A stretch of 64,000 nucleotides of DNA from an uncultured Alphaproteobacteria bacterium (GCA_964369315.1 CAYJEJ010000002.1:2747-66746); one strand, 5' to 3'. Positions 1 to 9,425 are shown, counted from the stretch's first letter. Notes: a model not told the origin generated them from the letters alone. Numbers and translations are program-made.

Positions 1-234
1 CTGTAACGCAATGACCATTCCGCTAAAAACAGCGGTCAAACCCACTATTGGAATCGAAAAAAATCCTGTATTGATAACCTGCTTTAACAGTTCAGTGAAG
101 TATATAGGCATCGAAAAGCAAGATATGACCGCTCTAAAAGTAAAGAGAGAGAGTTTTCCCGCTTCAGCAAATGCCGAAAGCACCTTTGCCCCGATGTTTG
201 CAAAAAAATTGTTTTTTGTAATTATTAGTTTCAT
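1..234 (-). CDS. mlaE: MlaE-family ABC transporter permease, N-terminal 78 codons (gene runs off the left edge)
   Basis: Not in the ORF track because its stop is outside the window. Manual minus-strand translation from the ATG at 234..232 gives MKLIITKNNFFANIGAKVLSAFAEAGKLSLFTFRAVISCFSMPIYFTELLKQVINTGFFSIPIVGLTAVFSGMVIALQ. This is colinear with the MlaE N-terminus (FGRAG..., L.KQ...G..S.PIV.LT..F.GMV.ALQ). The ATG overlaps the alr TGA stop (ATGA). Confidence 0.65.
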   Translation of the reverse strand, partial: MKLIITKNNFFANIGAKVLSAFAEAGKLSLFTFRAVISCFSMPIYFTELLKQVINTGFFSIPIVGLTAVFSGMVIALQ

Positions 235-1421
235 TTTATATATATCCTATGAAGTCTGTTTCCTAGATTACACGAAAATTCTAAAGATATAGTTCCCATT
301 TTATCTGAAATTTCTTCCGTATTCATTTCAGGGCTACAAACGGTGCACCATTGCCCAGGAAATGTTAGGTGCTCGGGCACATCGGTCACATCAACTGTGA
401 TTAAGTCCATAGATATGCGACCGACCATCTTTGCCCTTATTCCGCCAATAATCACTTCACCGCCGTTTTTAGATAGGTTTCTAAAAATCCCATCCGCATA
501 ACCCAAGCCTATGGTTGCAATCCTTGAAAACCTATTACAAACATATGACGCACCATAACCAACCGAGCAATTCGGAGGGACGTTGTTGATGTTTAAGATT
601 TTGGCATACAAACTCATCGGTTGCATTGTGGGTTTAAAATTATCCAATCTTGTCGTAAGACCAAATAGAAATGTGCCAATCCTGACCATATCGAAATGAT
701 ATTCTGCACCGTGTAATATGCCTTTTGAATTAGAAAAACTTGCCTTAACACTCGGGAAAAGACGCTTAAATCGCCGAAATTTTGTTAATTGAGTTAAATT
801 GTTTGAGCTATGCGGATTATCAGAGCAGGTTAGGTGGCTCATGATGTATTTTATGCTTATGTTATGCATAATATCAGGTCTGTTGAGATACCAAAGGGTA
901 TCTTGCCAACTCAGACCAGTTCTTGTCATGCCAGTGTCAAAGTGAAGGATTGCTGGTAAAGAAAGACCAGTTTTTTCGGCGTATGCGTTCCAATCTTCAA
1001 CCTGAGACCTATCAATCAAAACAGGTACTAGATTATTTTGGTATAAAATTTCTTCTGTTTTGGGGAGCACGCCACAAAGAACATAAATGTTGGCATCTTT
1101 GGGAACAAAAGTTCTCATTTGAACCCCTTCGGTAATGTCAGATACAAAAAAATCTCGACAACCTTCATCGGTTAATGTTTTGGCGATTTCTACATCGCCC
1201 AATCCATAGGCGTTGGCTTTTAAGACGCAGGCAGAAATGCATTTCTGGATGTTACTTTTTTTTAATAAAAAATTTATCCGTCTATAATTATCACGAACAA
1301 TCCTGAGGTCGACAACCAGTGCTGAGATATGCTCTGGTGAAGCAGCATTGAGCCGGTCTGCTATATATTCCGGAATGCCAGCACTATTATATGGGCTATT
1401 TTCTTTATAAGTCTGATTCAT
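231..1421 (-). CDS. alr: alanine racemase
   Basis: 396-aa ORF with the PLP-lysine motif 'VLKANAYGLG' and 'GLGYADGIFR'. It lies directly downstream of dnaB, as in many proteobacteria. Confidence 0.9.
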   Translation of the reverse strand: MNQTYKENSPYNSAGIPEYIADRLNAASPEHISALVVDLRIVRDNYRRINFLLKKSNIQKCISACVLKANAYGLGDVEIAKTLTDEGCRDFFVSDITEGVQMRTFVPKDANIYVLCGVLPKTEEILYQNNLVPVLIDRSQVEDWNAYAEKTGLSLPAILHFDTGMTRTGLSWQDTLWYLNRPDIMHNISIKYIMSHLTCSDNPHSSNNLTQLTKFRRFKRLFPSVKASFSNSKGILHGAEYHFDMVRIGTFLFGLTTRLDNFKPTMQPMSLYAKILNINNVPPNCSVGYGASYVCNRFSRIATIGLGYADGIFRNLSKNGGEVIIGGIRAKMVGRISMDLITVDVTDVPEHLTFPGQWCTVCSPEMNTEEISDKMGTISLEFSCNLGNRLHRIYIK

Positions 1422-1440
1422 GTGATATTTAAGTGCCTCT

Positions 1441-2865
1441 TCATTCGCTCAGGTTCCCAAACTTGGTAACCTTGCCATCAAAGTATAGTTTAATGGTGCC
1501 CACAGGACCGTGGCGTTGTTTCGCAATGATGACCTCTGCGGTATTATATATTTGCGAAAGCTTGTTTTTCCATAGTTCGTGTTTTTCTGTTCCCTGTGGG
1601 GGTTCTTTTCGTGACTCGTAATATTCATCACGATAAATAAATAATACGATATCGGCGTCTTGCTCTATGGAGCCAGATTCACGAAGGTCGGCCAACATCG
1701 GACGCTTGTCATCACGTTGCTCAACAGCCCGAGATAGCTGAGATAAGGCGACAACAGGAACATCGAGCTCTTTTGCCAGTGCTTTTAACATGCGTGAGAT
1801 ATGTGAAATCTCTTGGACGCGGTTGTCAACTTTACTGCTTCCTGCAACTTGTAAAAGCTGTAAATAGTCGATTACAATCAGACCTAAACCGTGTTTGCGT
1901 TTTAGCCTTCTGGCACGGGTTCTTAATGCAGAGATGGTTAATGCTGGTGCGTCATCAATAAAAAGGGGTATCTGACAGATTTCTTTGCTAACTTGAGTGA
2001 ATTTTTTAAAATCTGAGCTTTTAACTTCACCCCGCCTAATCCTATCGGAAGAAATACTACACTCTTGAGCTATTATACGGGTGGCTAGTTGCTCAGATGA
2101 CATCTCGAGCGAGAAAAATGCCACCGAGGCACCACTATCTTTTTCAAATAATTTAGCCTTTGCCGCGTTATAAGCGATGTTTGTTGCCAATGCGGTCTTA
2201 CCCATCGAGGGTCTTCCTGCAATTATGATGAGGTCGGATGAATGAAGACCGCCAAGCCATTTGTCTAGGTCGCGTAAACCAGTTGTGACGCCTATTATTT
2301 TCGAGTCATTTTTATAGGCAATTTCCGCAATTTCGATGGCTTGATTAAGTGCTGAAGAAAAATTCATAAAACCGCCCTCAGTTTGACCGCTTCCTGCAAG
2401 TTCAAAAAGTTTTTGTTCAGCGGCTTCTATTTGAGCGGGTGCACTTGAGTCGACATCATAAGACTTGGCATCAGTAATGGTTTCAACGCCAAAGTGGATA
2501 AGCTGTCTTCTTAAGTATAAATCATAAATCATCCGTGCATAATCAACGGCGTTGTTGATTGAAACAACGCTGGCTACTAGGTCAACTAGGTAGTCTGAGT
2601 TAACTTTTTTTTCGTCATCTGACTTTTCTGCCAAATATTTGCTGAGAGTGATTGGGTCAGCAACATCGCCCCTTTCTTGCATCGTGGTGATGGCACTGAA
2701 TATGAATGCATGGGCAGAATCTGAAAAATATTCTGGTTTTAAAAATTCCGAGACTCTATCAAACATCTTGTTATCTATTAGCAGTGCCCCTAGTAAAGCT
2801 TGCTCTGCCTCAATATTACTAACCCCGAGTGTTTGGTCAGGTGTGTCTTGAATTTTATCGACCAT
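1441..2865 (-). CDS. dnaB: replicative DNA helicase DnaB
   Basis: Carries the N-terminal 'SNIEAEQALLGALLIDN' motif, Walker A 'GRPSMGKTALA' and RecA-like C-terminal motifs. The ORF is open to a TTG at 2925. I prefer the ATG at 2865 (MVDKIQD...), so the start is uncertain. Confidence 0.9.
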   Translation of the reverse strand: MVDKIQDTPDQTLGVSNIEAEQALLGALLIDNKMFDRVSEFLKPEYFSDSAHAFIFSAITTMQERGDVADPITLSKYLAEKSDDEKKVNSDYLVDLVASVVSINNAVDYARMIYDLYLRRQLIHFGVETITDAKSYDVDSSAPAQIEAAEQKLFELAGSGQTEGGFMNFSSALNQAIEIAEIAYKNDSKIIGVTTGLRDLDKWLGGLHSSDLIIIAGRPSMGKTALATNIAYNAAKAKLFEKDSGASVAFFSLEMSSEQLATRIIAQECSISSDRIRRGEVKSSDFKKFTQVSKEICQIPLFIDDAPALTISALRTRARRLKRKHGLGLIVIDYLQLLQVAGSSKVDNRVQEISHISRMLKALAKELDVPVVALSQLSRAVEQRDDKRPMLADLRESGSIEQDADIVLFIYRDEYYESRKEPPQGTEKHELWKNKLSQIYNTAEVIIAKQRHGPVGTIKLYFDGKVTKFGNLSE

Positions 2866-2937
2866 TATTTTTTGCTGTTGATTTACAATATTTTTGTCTA
2901 AACTCCAAGTTGGATGATATAACAAAAACAGAAAAAC

Positions 2938-4329
2938 ATGAATATAATATTACTGGGTCTTGGTAAAATTGGTTTTGGCATCGCACAATACCTTTCTTCT
3001 AGGTCAAACATCAACCTCACTATCATCGAGCAGTCAGCAGAGTTGGTTGAAAAGATTTCAAACACATTGGATGTCAGGGTCATATGTGGCTGTCCATATA
3101 GCGTGAAAACCCTAGAGCAGGCGGATGCGAAAAATGCATCACACATAATCGCAATTAGCGAGAGCGACGAATTAAATATCCTAGCTTGTAAGGTGGCTTC
3201 TAGCGTGTTCAATATTCCCAAAAAAATTGCTTGGATAAAAAACCTAGAAAATCTGGAACACGAAGACGTGAACCTTTTAGATTCAAATAATTTTGCAATA
3301 GATACTATAATAAAACCAGAAAAAACTGTCTCTGATGTGATACACGGGGTTCTGGACTTACCAGGTGTTTTTGATTTCTTTAGGTTAGCAAACGGGCAGT
3401 TAGTTGTGGCTTGCTTGCGGTGTGTGAAGGGGGCGGACGTGATTAACACACCGCTAAATCACCTGAAGGGTATTTTTCCAGACCTAGATATCTCTATTTT
3501 ATCAGTTTTTAGGGGGGGGGCGAGCTTTATCCCTGATGGTAAGTCAATTTTGTTGGAAAATGATGAAGTATACTTCGCAGTATGCGAAAAATATTTAGCC
3601 AAGACTTTGGAAGCCTTTGGTCACGCTATTGAAAGACCATTATCCTTAATCATTTATGGTGGGGGGCGTGTGGCGATTGAGTTAATAAAATCGATTGAAT
3701 CATATGGCGGTGACATTGCAATTACTGTGGTCGAGGAAAACCGCCCTAAAGCTGAGCGATTAGCCGAAAAATTCCCTGACATTACAATTTTATTAGGCGA
3801 TACTTTGGATCAAAGCTTAATATCCAGCTATGCATTATCTATGTCTAGTGCAGTAATTACGGTTACAGATGATGATAAGGTCAACATTTTGGGGTGTGCA
3901 CTCGCTAAAAAAAATGGGGCAAGCAGGGCGATATCTGTTCTAAATAATTGGGAATATTCCAAGATGGCGAATGATATTGGTATTGATTGTATAATAAACC
4001 CTAGGGCAATCACAGTTTCAAGTGTTCTTGGGCAAATTAGTGGCAGTGCCATATGCTCAACGCACACACTTAGACAAGAAGTGGGTGAGGTGGTCGAGGT
4101 TATGGTCGATGCGTCTTGCCAATATGTTGGGATGAAGGTTGCCAATATAAACGTGAAAAATCAAATCATGATATCATTCATCTTGAGGGCTGAAAATTTG
4201 CTGGTAGCAACCGACGATTTTATCGTGAACGTGGACGACCGTTTGATTGTTGTCGCTATCAATGAAGGGATTGAAAAAATTAATAAAACAATCGACTCTA
4301 ATGGGGGAGTAACTGATTTTTTTAGATAA
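2938..4329 (+). CDS. trkA: Trk system potassium uptake protein TrkA (two RCK/NAD-binding modules)
   Basis: 463 aa. Has the N-terminal Rossmann motif 'ILLGLGKIGFGIA' and a second one, 'IIYGGGRVAIELI', at about aa 238. The trkA-hfq adjacency is typical of alphaproteobacteria. Confidence 0.85.
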   Translation: MNIILLGLGKIGFGIAQYLSSRSNINLTIIEQSAELVEKISNTLDVRVICGCPYSVKTLEQADAKNASHIIAISESDELNILACKVASSVFNIPKKIAWIKNLENLEHEDVNLLDSNNFAIDTIIKPEKTVSDVIHGVLDLPGVFDFFRLANGQLVVACLRCVKGADVINTPLNHLKGIFPDLDISILSVFRGGASFIPDGKSILLENDEVYFAVCEKYLAKTLEAFGHAIERPLSLIIYGGGRVAIELIKSIESYGGDIAITVVEENRPKAERLAEKFPDITILLGDTLDQSLISSYALSMSSAVITVTDDDKVNILGCALAKKNGASRAISVLNNWEYSKMANDIGIDCIINPRAITVSSVLGQISGSAICSTHTLRQEVGEVVEVMVDASCQYVGMKVANINVKNQIMISFILRAENLLVATDDFIVNVDDRLIVVAINEGIEKINKTIDSNGGVTDFFR

Positions 4330-4340
4330 GTGTGACTTTC

Positions 4341-4366
4341 AGCATTGCTAAAATGCTTTCATTTTT
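4341..4366 (+). terminator. weak hairpin plus T-rich tail after trkA
   Basis: agcatt-gctaa-aatgct (6-bp stem) followed by ttcattttt. Confidence 0.3.
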
Positions 4367-4416
4367 GTAAATTAGATTGGATTATAATAAATATTGATAT
4401 AATAAGGTGAGATAGT

Positions 4417-4725
4417 ATGAATTCAGACAAGCGTAAACAAAGCCTTCAAGATGTTTTTTTAAATAATGTCAGGAAAAACAAAACCTTGGTGACGGCGTTT
4501 TTAACCAATGGCGTTAAATTGCAGGGGATAGTGACTTCTTTTGATAATTTTTGTGTTTTGCTTAAGAGGGAGAGCTCTTCCCAACTAATATATAAACACG
4601 CTTTATCAACAATCATGCCACAGGGGGCGTTGAATCTTCAGGAGTTTAATGAGGATAATCAAGAACCTAGTGCCGCAAGCAGTGATGATGGTTGTTGTAA
4701 CAAGGATTCGTGCTGTAGCCAGTAG
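4417..4725 (+). CDS. hfq: RNA chaperone Hfq with an extended Cys-containing C-terminal tail
   Basis: The Sm core '[59 protein letters not shown]' is colinear with E. coli Hfq. The SD aaggtga lies 8 nt upstream. Confidence 0.93.
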   Translation: MNSDKRKQSLQDVFLNNVRKNKTLVTAFLTNGVKLQGIVTSFDNFCVLLKRESSSQLIYKHALSTIMPQGALNLQEFNEDNQEPSAASSDDGCCNKDSCCSQ

Positions 4726-4780
4726 GTGAAGCATTATTTGGGGGTTTGTTTTTTAGTAATTATTTCATCTGAGGTGTGTT

Positions 4781-5428
4781 TTGAATAGCGTATTATCAGT
4801 AGATAAAGACGGCGTCTTGTTCGCAGGCATTATTGCTTTGGCGACTTTGATTGCCTCGATGGTGAGTGTCCACTTGGGGTGGATTGGTTTTCTCTTAACC
4901 ATTGGTTGTTTGGCTTTTTTTCGAGACCCCGTTAGGGTGACGCCAAGTGTTGAGGGGGGAATAATAAGCCCAGCTGATGGTACGGTTCTTTCAGTCGGGT
5001 CTTGCCCGTCTCCTGTGGAATTCGGTCTTGGGTATGAGAGGTGCCAGAAAATTAGCATATTTATGAGTGTATTTGATGTGCATATAAATCGCTCCCCCTT
5101 TAATGGTGTGGTGGAGAGGATTATTTATATCCCAGGGAAGTTTTTTAATGCTTCTCTTGATAAGGCTAGTGAGCTGAACGAACGTCAAATTACGGTTTTG
5201 AAAACCCAAGGTGGTGAAAACATTGCCTTTGTTCAAATTGCGGGGTTGATTGCAAGGCGGATTCGTTCTGATATTCGTGAAGGAGAGTCTTTAAAAACCG
5301 GACAGAAGGTCGGTTTGATAAGGTTTGGGAGTAGGGTGGATATCTATTTGCCTATGAACGCCTCGATTAACATTATTGAGGGGCAAACAACTGTTGCGGG
5401 AGAGACGTTGTTGGGTGTTTTAAATTAA
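4781..5428 (+). CDS. psd: phosphatidylserine decarboxylase family protein (short, membrane-anchored form)
   Basis: 215 aa with N-terminal TM helices. The self-cleavage-type motif 'FGSRVDIYLP' sits near the C-terminus. TTG start, preceded by GAGG 6 nt upstream. Immediately followed by pssA. Confidence 0.8.
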   Translation: MNSVLSVDKDGVLFAGIIALATLIASMVSVHLGWIGFLLTIGCLAFFRDPVRVTPSVEGGIISPADGTVLSVGSCPSPVEFGLGYERCQKISIFMSVFDVHINRSPFNGVVERIIYIPGKFFNASLDKASELNERQITVLKTQGGENIAFVQIAGLIARRIRSDIREGESLKTGQKVGLIRFGSRVDIYLPMNASINIIEGQTTVAGETLLGVLN

Positions 5429-5443
5429 AAGGCTCTTTTAATA

Positions 5444-6241
5444 ATGGTTGGTGTAGTGAAACCAAGGAAGAAGCGGAGTGGTGGCACAAAAACCCTGAGT
5501 TTTGTTCCTCTTAGTCGTGTTTTGCCCAGCATTATTACCTTGATGTCTTTATGTGTTGGGTTTTGTGCTGTTAAGTTTGCATTAGTAGGAAAGTGGCAGA
5601 CCGCCGTTGCCTGCACCCTTGGGGCGACCTTACTCGATGCTGCAGATGGCAGGATAGCAAGGCTTTTAAATTCATCTAGTCAGTTTGGGGCAGAGCTGGA
5701 TTCTTTGTCAGATTTTGTTGTTTTTGGTGCATCGCCTGCGTTGGTTGTTTATTTGTTTTCGATTAACTCTCTGGGGGCTTATGGTTGGGCGGTGAGCTTG
5801 TTTTTTTTGGTGTGTAGTATTCTACGCCTAGCCAGATTTAACATTCAAGCACTGAAACCTTTGGATAATTATTGGGAAAAACAGTTTTTTACAGGTGTCC
5901 CGATAACCTTTGCGGCTGTGATAGCACTGATGCCGTTGATACTTTATATCAAGAGTGGGGCAGGGGTGTTTAGGTCGTCCTATTTTTGTTCAGCAATTCT
6001 TTTGTTTGCTGGTTGTTTGATGATAAGTCGTTTTAAGACTTTTAGCTTTAAAACCATAAAAATATCACAAAAATTCGTGCTTCCGTTTATGTTAGTGATG
6101 GGGCTGTTTATAACTTTGCTTGTGACAGACCTTTGGTCTACGATGATTTTTGTTGTTTGTGTTTATTTGTTTTCTATTCCATTTAGCGTTCGCCGTTATA
6201 AAAAGCTTTTGATTACCAGTGATAAGGCATCTGAAGAATAA
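5444..6241 (+). CDS. pssA: CDP-diacylglycerol--serine O-phosphatidyltransferase
   Basis: Contains the CDP-alcohol phosphotransferase motif 'DGRIARLLNSSSQFGAELDSLSD' (D-G-x2-A-R-x8-G-x3-D-x3-D). Polytopic membrane protein. Confidence 0.88.
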   Translation: MVGVVKPRKKRSGGTKTLSFVPLSRVLPSIITLMSLCVGFCAVKFALVGKWQTAVACTLGATLLDAADGRIARLLNSSSQFGAELDSLSDFVVFGASPALVVYLFSINSLGAYGWAVSLFFLVCSILRLARFNIQALKPLDNYWEKQFFTGVPITFAAVIALMPLILYIKSGAGVFRSSYFCSAILLFAGCLMISRFKTFSFKTIKISQKFVLPFMLVMGLFITLLVTDLWSTMIFVVCVYLFSIPFSVRRYKKLLITSDKASEE

Positions 6242-6349
6242 AAAAATTATCCAAAAAATTAAATAAATCTTAATAAAATGTTAAAAAGACTTTTTATCAT
6301 CTAAAAATTGTGAAATAATAATGCGTTATGTTGTTTTTGTGTGGTGATT

Positions 6350-7846
6350 ATGAGATTTTCTAATTTTTGTAGGTTAAGTGTTGGTTTGTGTCTTTGTGCT
6401 TCGGGGAGCGAGGCTTTTTCTGGGAGCTTGTCGGCTGAGGAAATGAAAACATTAAAGGCTCAAATCAAGGCTGAAATTTTGGCTGAAATGAAAGCTGAGC
6501 AAAAAAAAGAACTCGCAAAACTAAGCAAGGGGGCTCATTTTAACAATGTAAAAAAGCCCGCTAATCAGGGCGAAGTTGGTTTGGCGTCTAAGGGCGAAAA
6601 GCCTGTGAAACCTTCAACCCCAGTTGATGATGGGCGATATAAAGGCTATATGAAGTCTGAAAGCATGAACACTTATTATGGGCTTTATGGCAGAGTTGCT
6701 TTCAATGCGTCGTATGCTAACCACCCAACGGGGCAGGGGTATGCGACTTCAACCATGTTTGCTAACCTAGATAAAGACGCGATTGGTAAGATCGGCACAG
6801 AATATAGAACAAATGAATTTAGGTGTGGCGGTAAAAATAGCCGTTTTGGTTTTAAGACGGTGACGCCTTTTGCTAGTGCAAATGGTGAAAAAGAAATACG
6901 TACAAAGATGGAATTGGATTTTTGTGGCGAGACGGATACATCTGAAAAGGTAACGAACGCTTATAAACCACGTTGTCGATACGCTTATGTTGAAATGGGT
7001 CAGCTTTTGGTCGGTTTGAACGACTCGGTGTTTAATTTCGGTGATGCTGGAATGATGGGTAGTGTTGATGTGACTGGTCCAGTTGGCGAGACCTTTGTGA
7101 GACAGGGGCAGGTGCGTTATACCCATAAACTCAATGATGGTGCTGAGTGGGTTACAGCCCTTGAAAACCCTGAAACCGATGCAGTGGACAGAACTGGTGA
7201 TGATACGAAAAAATATAAGGCAAACAGGTCAAATTCTTTGGACATTATTCCTGACCTAGCCTCTAAGTTCACACAACCGATTGAAAGGGGGAAGGTGTTT
7301 TTTGCCGGTGTGTTGAGGTATTTGCGGGTTAACCATAAAAACAATAGGTTTACGAAAAAAGTTGGCTATGGTGTTGGTGGCGGCGTGAATTATGAGTTGA
7401 CTGATAATGACGTTGTAACTGCTACCTTAAGAATGGGTAATGGTGCTGGTCGCTATGTCTCGGACGGTTCAATCAGTTGCGGAATGGTAAAAAACGTTGA
7501 GGTAGAGGGTGTCGACAGGGTTGATTTGCACAAATCCGTCGCCTCGGTCTTAACGCTGCAACACTATTGGGACAAGGAAAACCAAATTAGTAGCAATGTT
7601 GGACTGGGTTTCGCCCATGGCTGGCTTTCTAAGGGTATTAAAGAAGGTGGGTATGACAAAGACAAAAAATTTGTTTTGGGAGGTCTTTTTAAAACGGGGT
7701 ATTCAGTGCATGTGAATTTGATATGGAGCCCAATTAAGGACGTGATTGATTTAGGCACAGAATACGCTTACGGAGACGCAAGATTGACTGACAATCGGAA
7801 TATAATAGTCAATCGTATTGCCTTTGGACTGACGTATAAATTCTAG
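6350..7846 (+). CDS. outer-membrane porin with an N-terminal coiled coil (DcaP-like architecture)
   Basis: Signal peptide 'MRFSNFCRLSVGLCLCASGSEA'. Heptad-like segment 'EEMKTLKAQIKAEILAEMKAEQKKELAKL'. The remainder is rich in alternating beta-strand sequence and ends 'GLTYKF' (C-terminal Phe OMP signature). The ORF is also open from a GTG at 6341. Confidence 0.75.
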   Translation: MRFSNFCRLSVGLCLCASGSEAFSGSLSAEEMKTLKAQIKAEILAEMKAEQKKELAKLSKGAHFNNVKKPANQGEVGLASKGEKPVKPSTPVDDGRYKGYMKSESMNTYYGLYGRVAFNASYANHPTGQGYATSTMFANLDKDAIGKIGTEYRTNEFRCGGKNSRFGFKTVTPFASANGEKEIRTKMELDFCGETDTSEKVTNAYKPRCRYAYVEMGQLLVGLNDSVFNFGDAGMMGSVDVTGPVGETFVRQGQVRYTHKLNDGAEWVTALENPETDAVDRTGDDTKKYKANRSNSLDIIPDLASKFTQPIERGKVFFAGVLRYLRVNHKNNRFTKKVGYGVGGGVNYELTDNDVVTATLRMGNGAGRYVSDGSISCGMVKNVEVEGVDRVDLHKSVASVLTLQHYWDKENQISSNVGLGFAHGWLSKGIKEGGYDKDKKFVLGGLFKTGYSVHVNLIWSPIKDVIDLGTEYAYGDARLTDNRNIIVNRIAFGLTYKF

Positions 7847-7872
7847 AAACTTTTTGTTGAACGGATAAATTT

Positions 7873-7900
7873 AACCCCGCGTTCGATAGCGGGGTTTTTT
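7873..7900. terminator. bidirectional rho-independent terminator between the porin gene and metG
   Basis: aaccccgc-gttcgata-gcggggtt, followed by T-run 7897-7900. The A/T flanks let it work for the convergent metG as well. Confidence 0.75.
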
Positions 7901-7904
7901 GTTT

Positions 7905-9425
7905 TTAAGCGTCGAGTATTTTCGGGAACAACCCATTAGGCTTTGTGAACGCACCTTGAAATGATTTTTTTATCCCAATATTACTAAAAGTTTTATCTTC
8001 ATCACTTAAGTTCAGCATATTAAAGATTTTATCCGCAGATTCTGGCATAAACGGCATTATGTATAGTGCGGTGATAAATATTGCTTCGGTTAAAACCGCC
8101 ATAACAGTCTTGAATCGTGACGGGTCAGCTTTCGATAGAGCCCAAGGTGTTTGACGGTCAATGAATTTGTTAATTTCGCTTATGAATTGCCAAATCTCGT
8201 TCAATACACCTTCAAAAGATTGGCGGTCAAACAGCAGTCTTAATTTATCTAAGGCATCATATCCTTGTTTCAAAAGCTGGATATCTTGTTCGTTCAGTTC
8301 TTTTTCTTCATATGATATGCCTTCTTCGAAGTTTTTATGAACGATGGTCATCACACGCTGAACCATGTTGCCAAGGTCGTTGGCGAGGTCGTGATTAATC
8401 CGGTCTCTAATGTTATTATGCGAGAAGTTCCCGTCATCACCAAAGGTCATGTTTCGCATTAGAAAATATCTTGTTTGGTCTAGTCCGTAATTGTTTTTCA
8501 ATTCATAAGGGTCAATGACATTCCCTAATGATTTAGATATTTTCTGTCCCTCATTTGTCCACCAACCGTGTGCGAAAATCTTTTTAGGTGGGGTCAAGCC
8601 AGCAGCCATCAGGAAAGCTGGCCAATAGACAGCATGAAAACGGATGATGTCCTTGCCAATCAGGTGAAGCGAACTTGACCAATATTCCTGAAAGTCCGGA
8701 GTATTTTCGTTGGGATAGCCTAGTGCTGAAATATAGTTGGTCAACGCGTCTATCCAAACGTACATAACGTGTTTATTGTCGTTTGGAACGGGGATTCCCC
8801 ATGATATTGACGTTCTGGAAATAGATAAATCTTTCAACCCAGATTCAACAAACTTAATCACTTCGTTTCTGCGAGATTGGGGGGCTATGAAGTCAGGATT
8901 TTGTTCGTAAAATGACAGCAACTCCTGTTGCCAATCAGAGAGTTTGAAAAAATAACTGGTCTCTTCCATCCACTCAACGGGTGCACCAGATGGAGCGAGA
9001 CCATCTTTAACCTCGTCGTTGCTAATAAAAGCTTCATCACGCGAGCTATACCAACCAGAGTATGTCCCTTGATAGATGTTGCCGGTTTCTTCAAGCTTTT
9101 GCCACAGGTTGGTTGCGGCAAGGGCGTGTCTTTTTTCGGTGGTTCTGATGAAGTCGTCATTGCTAATGTTCATATCTTTCATAAGAAGGCGAAAATTTTC
9201 AGAGATACGGTCGCACAGCTCCAGTGGTGCGATGTTTTGTTTTTCAGCGACTTGGGCGATTTTTTGTCCGTGTTCATCGGTTCCTGTAAGAAACATTACC
9301 TTAAAACCGTCCAGTCTTTTAAATCGTGCGATGATATCAGCCGCGATTGAGGTGTAGGCATGCCCTATATGAGGTTTGTCGTTCACATAGTATATCGGCG
9401 TTGTGATGTAAAAATGTTTATTCAT
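7905..9425 (-). CDS. metG: methionine--tRNA ligase (short form, no C-terminal tRNA-binding domain)
   Basis: HIGH motif 'KPHIGHAYT' and KMSKS motif 'KISKSLGN'. 506 aa. Confidence 0.93.
   Translation of the reverse strand: MNKHFYITTPIYYVNDKPHIGHAYTSIAADIIARFKRLDGFKVMFLTGTDEHGQKIAQVAEKQNIAPLELCDRISENFRLLMKDMNISNDDFIRTTEKRHALAATNLWQKLEETGNIYQGTYSGWYSSRDEAFISNDEVKDGLAPSGAPVEWMEETSYFFKLSDWQQELLSFYEQNPDFIAPQSRRNEVIKFVESGLKDLSISRTSISWGIPVPNDNKHVMYVWIDALTNYISALGYPNENTPDFQEYWSSSLHLIGKDIIRFHAVYWPAFLMAAGLTPPKKIFAHGWWTNEGQKISKSLGNVIDPYELKNNYGLDQTRYFLMRNMTFGDDGNFSHNNIRDRINHDLANDLGNMVQRVMTIVHKNFEEGISYEEKELNEQDIQLLKQGYDALDKLRLLFDRQSFEGVLNEIWQFISEINKFIDRQTPWALSKADPSRFKTVMAVLTEAIFITALYIMPFMPESADKIFNMLNLSDEDKTFSNIGIKKSFQGAFTKPNGLFPKILDA

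Noticed and set aside
11-292. 93-aa plus-strand ORF at the left edge
   Set aside because: It lies antisense to a recognisable MlaE N-terminus (1..234, minus strand) and to the alr 3' end. It resembles no protein I know, so it is a shadow ORF.
2866-2925. TTG-initiated 20-codon extension of dnaB
   Set aside because: It would leave only 12 bp between the divergent dnaB and trkA starts. The ATG at 2865 gives a typical DnaB N-terminus. The extension is not fully excluded.
2898-3449. Long antisense ORFs inside well-supported genes (this one in trkA; also 15883..16317 in rpoB, 38562..38936 in rpoA, 52371..52943 in glyA, 27705..28109 in rplD, 20224..20595 in rpoC)
   Set aside because: Each lies wholly within, and opposite to, a highly conserved gene. 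Their compositions are biased and low in complexity (Ser/Pro/Thr/Arg-rich) and carry no recognisable motif. They are typical shadow frames.
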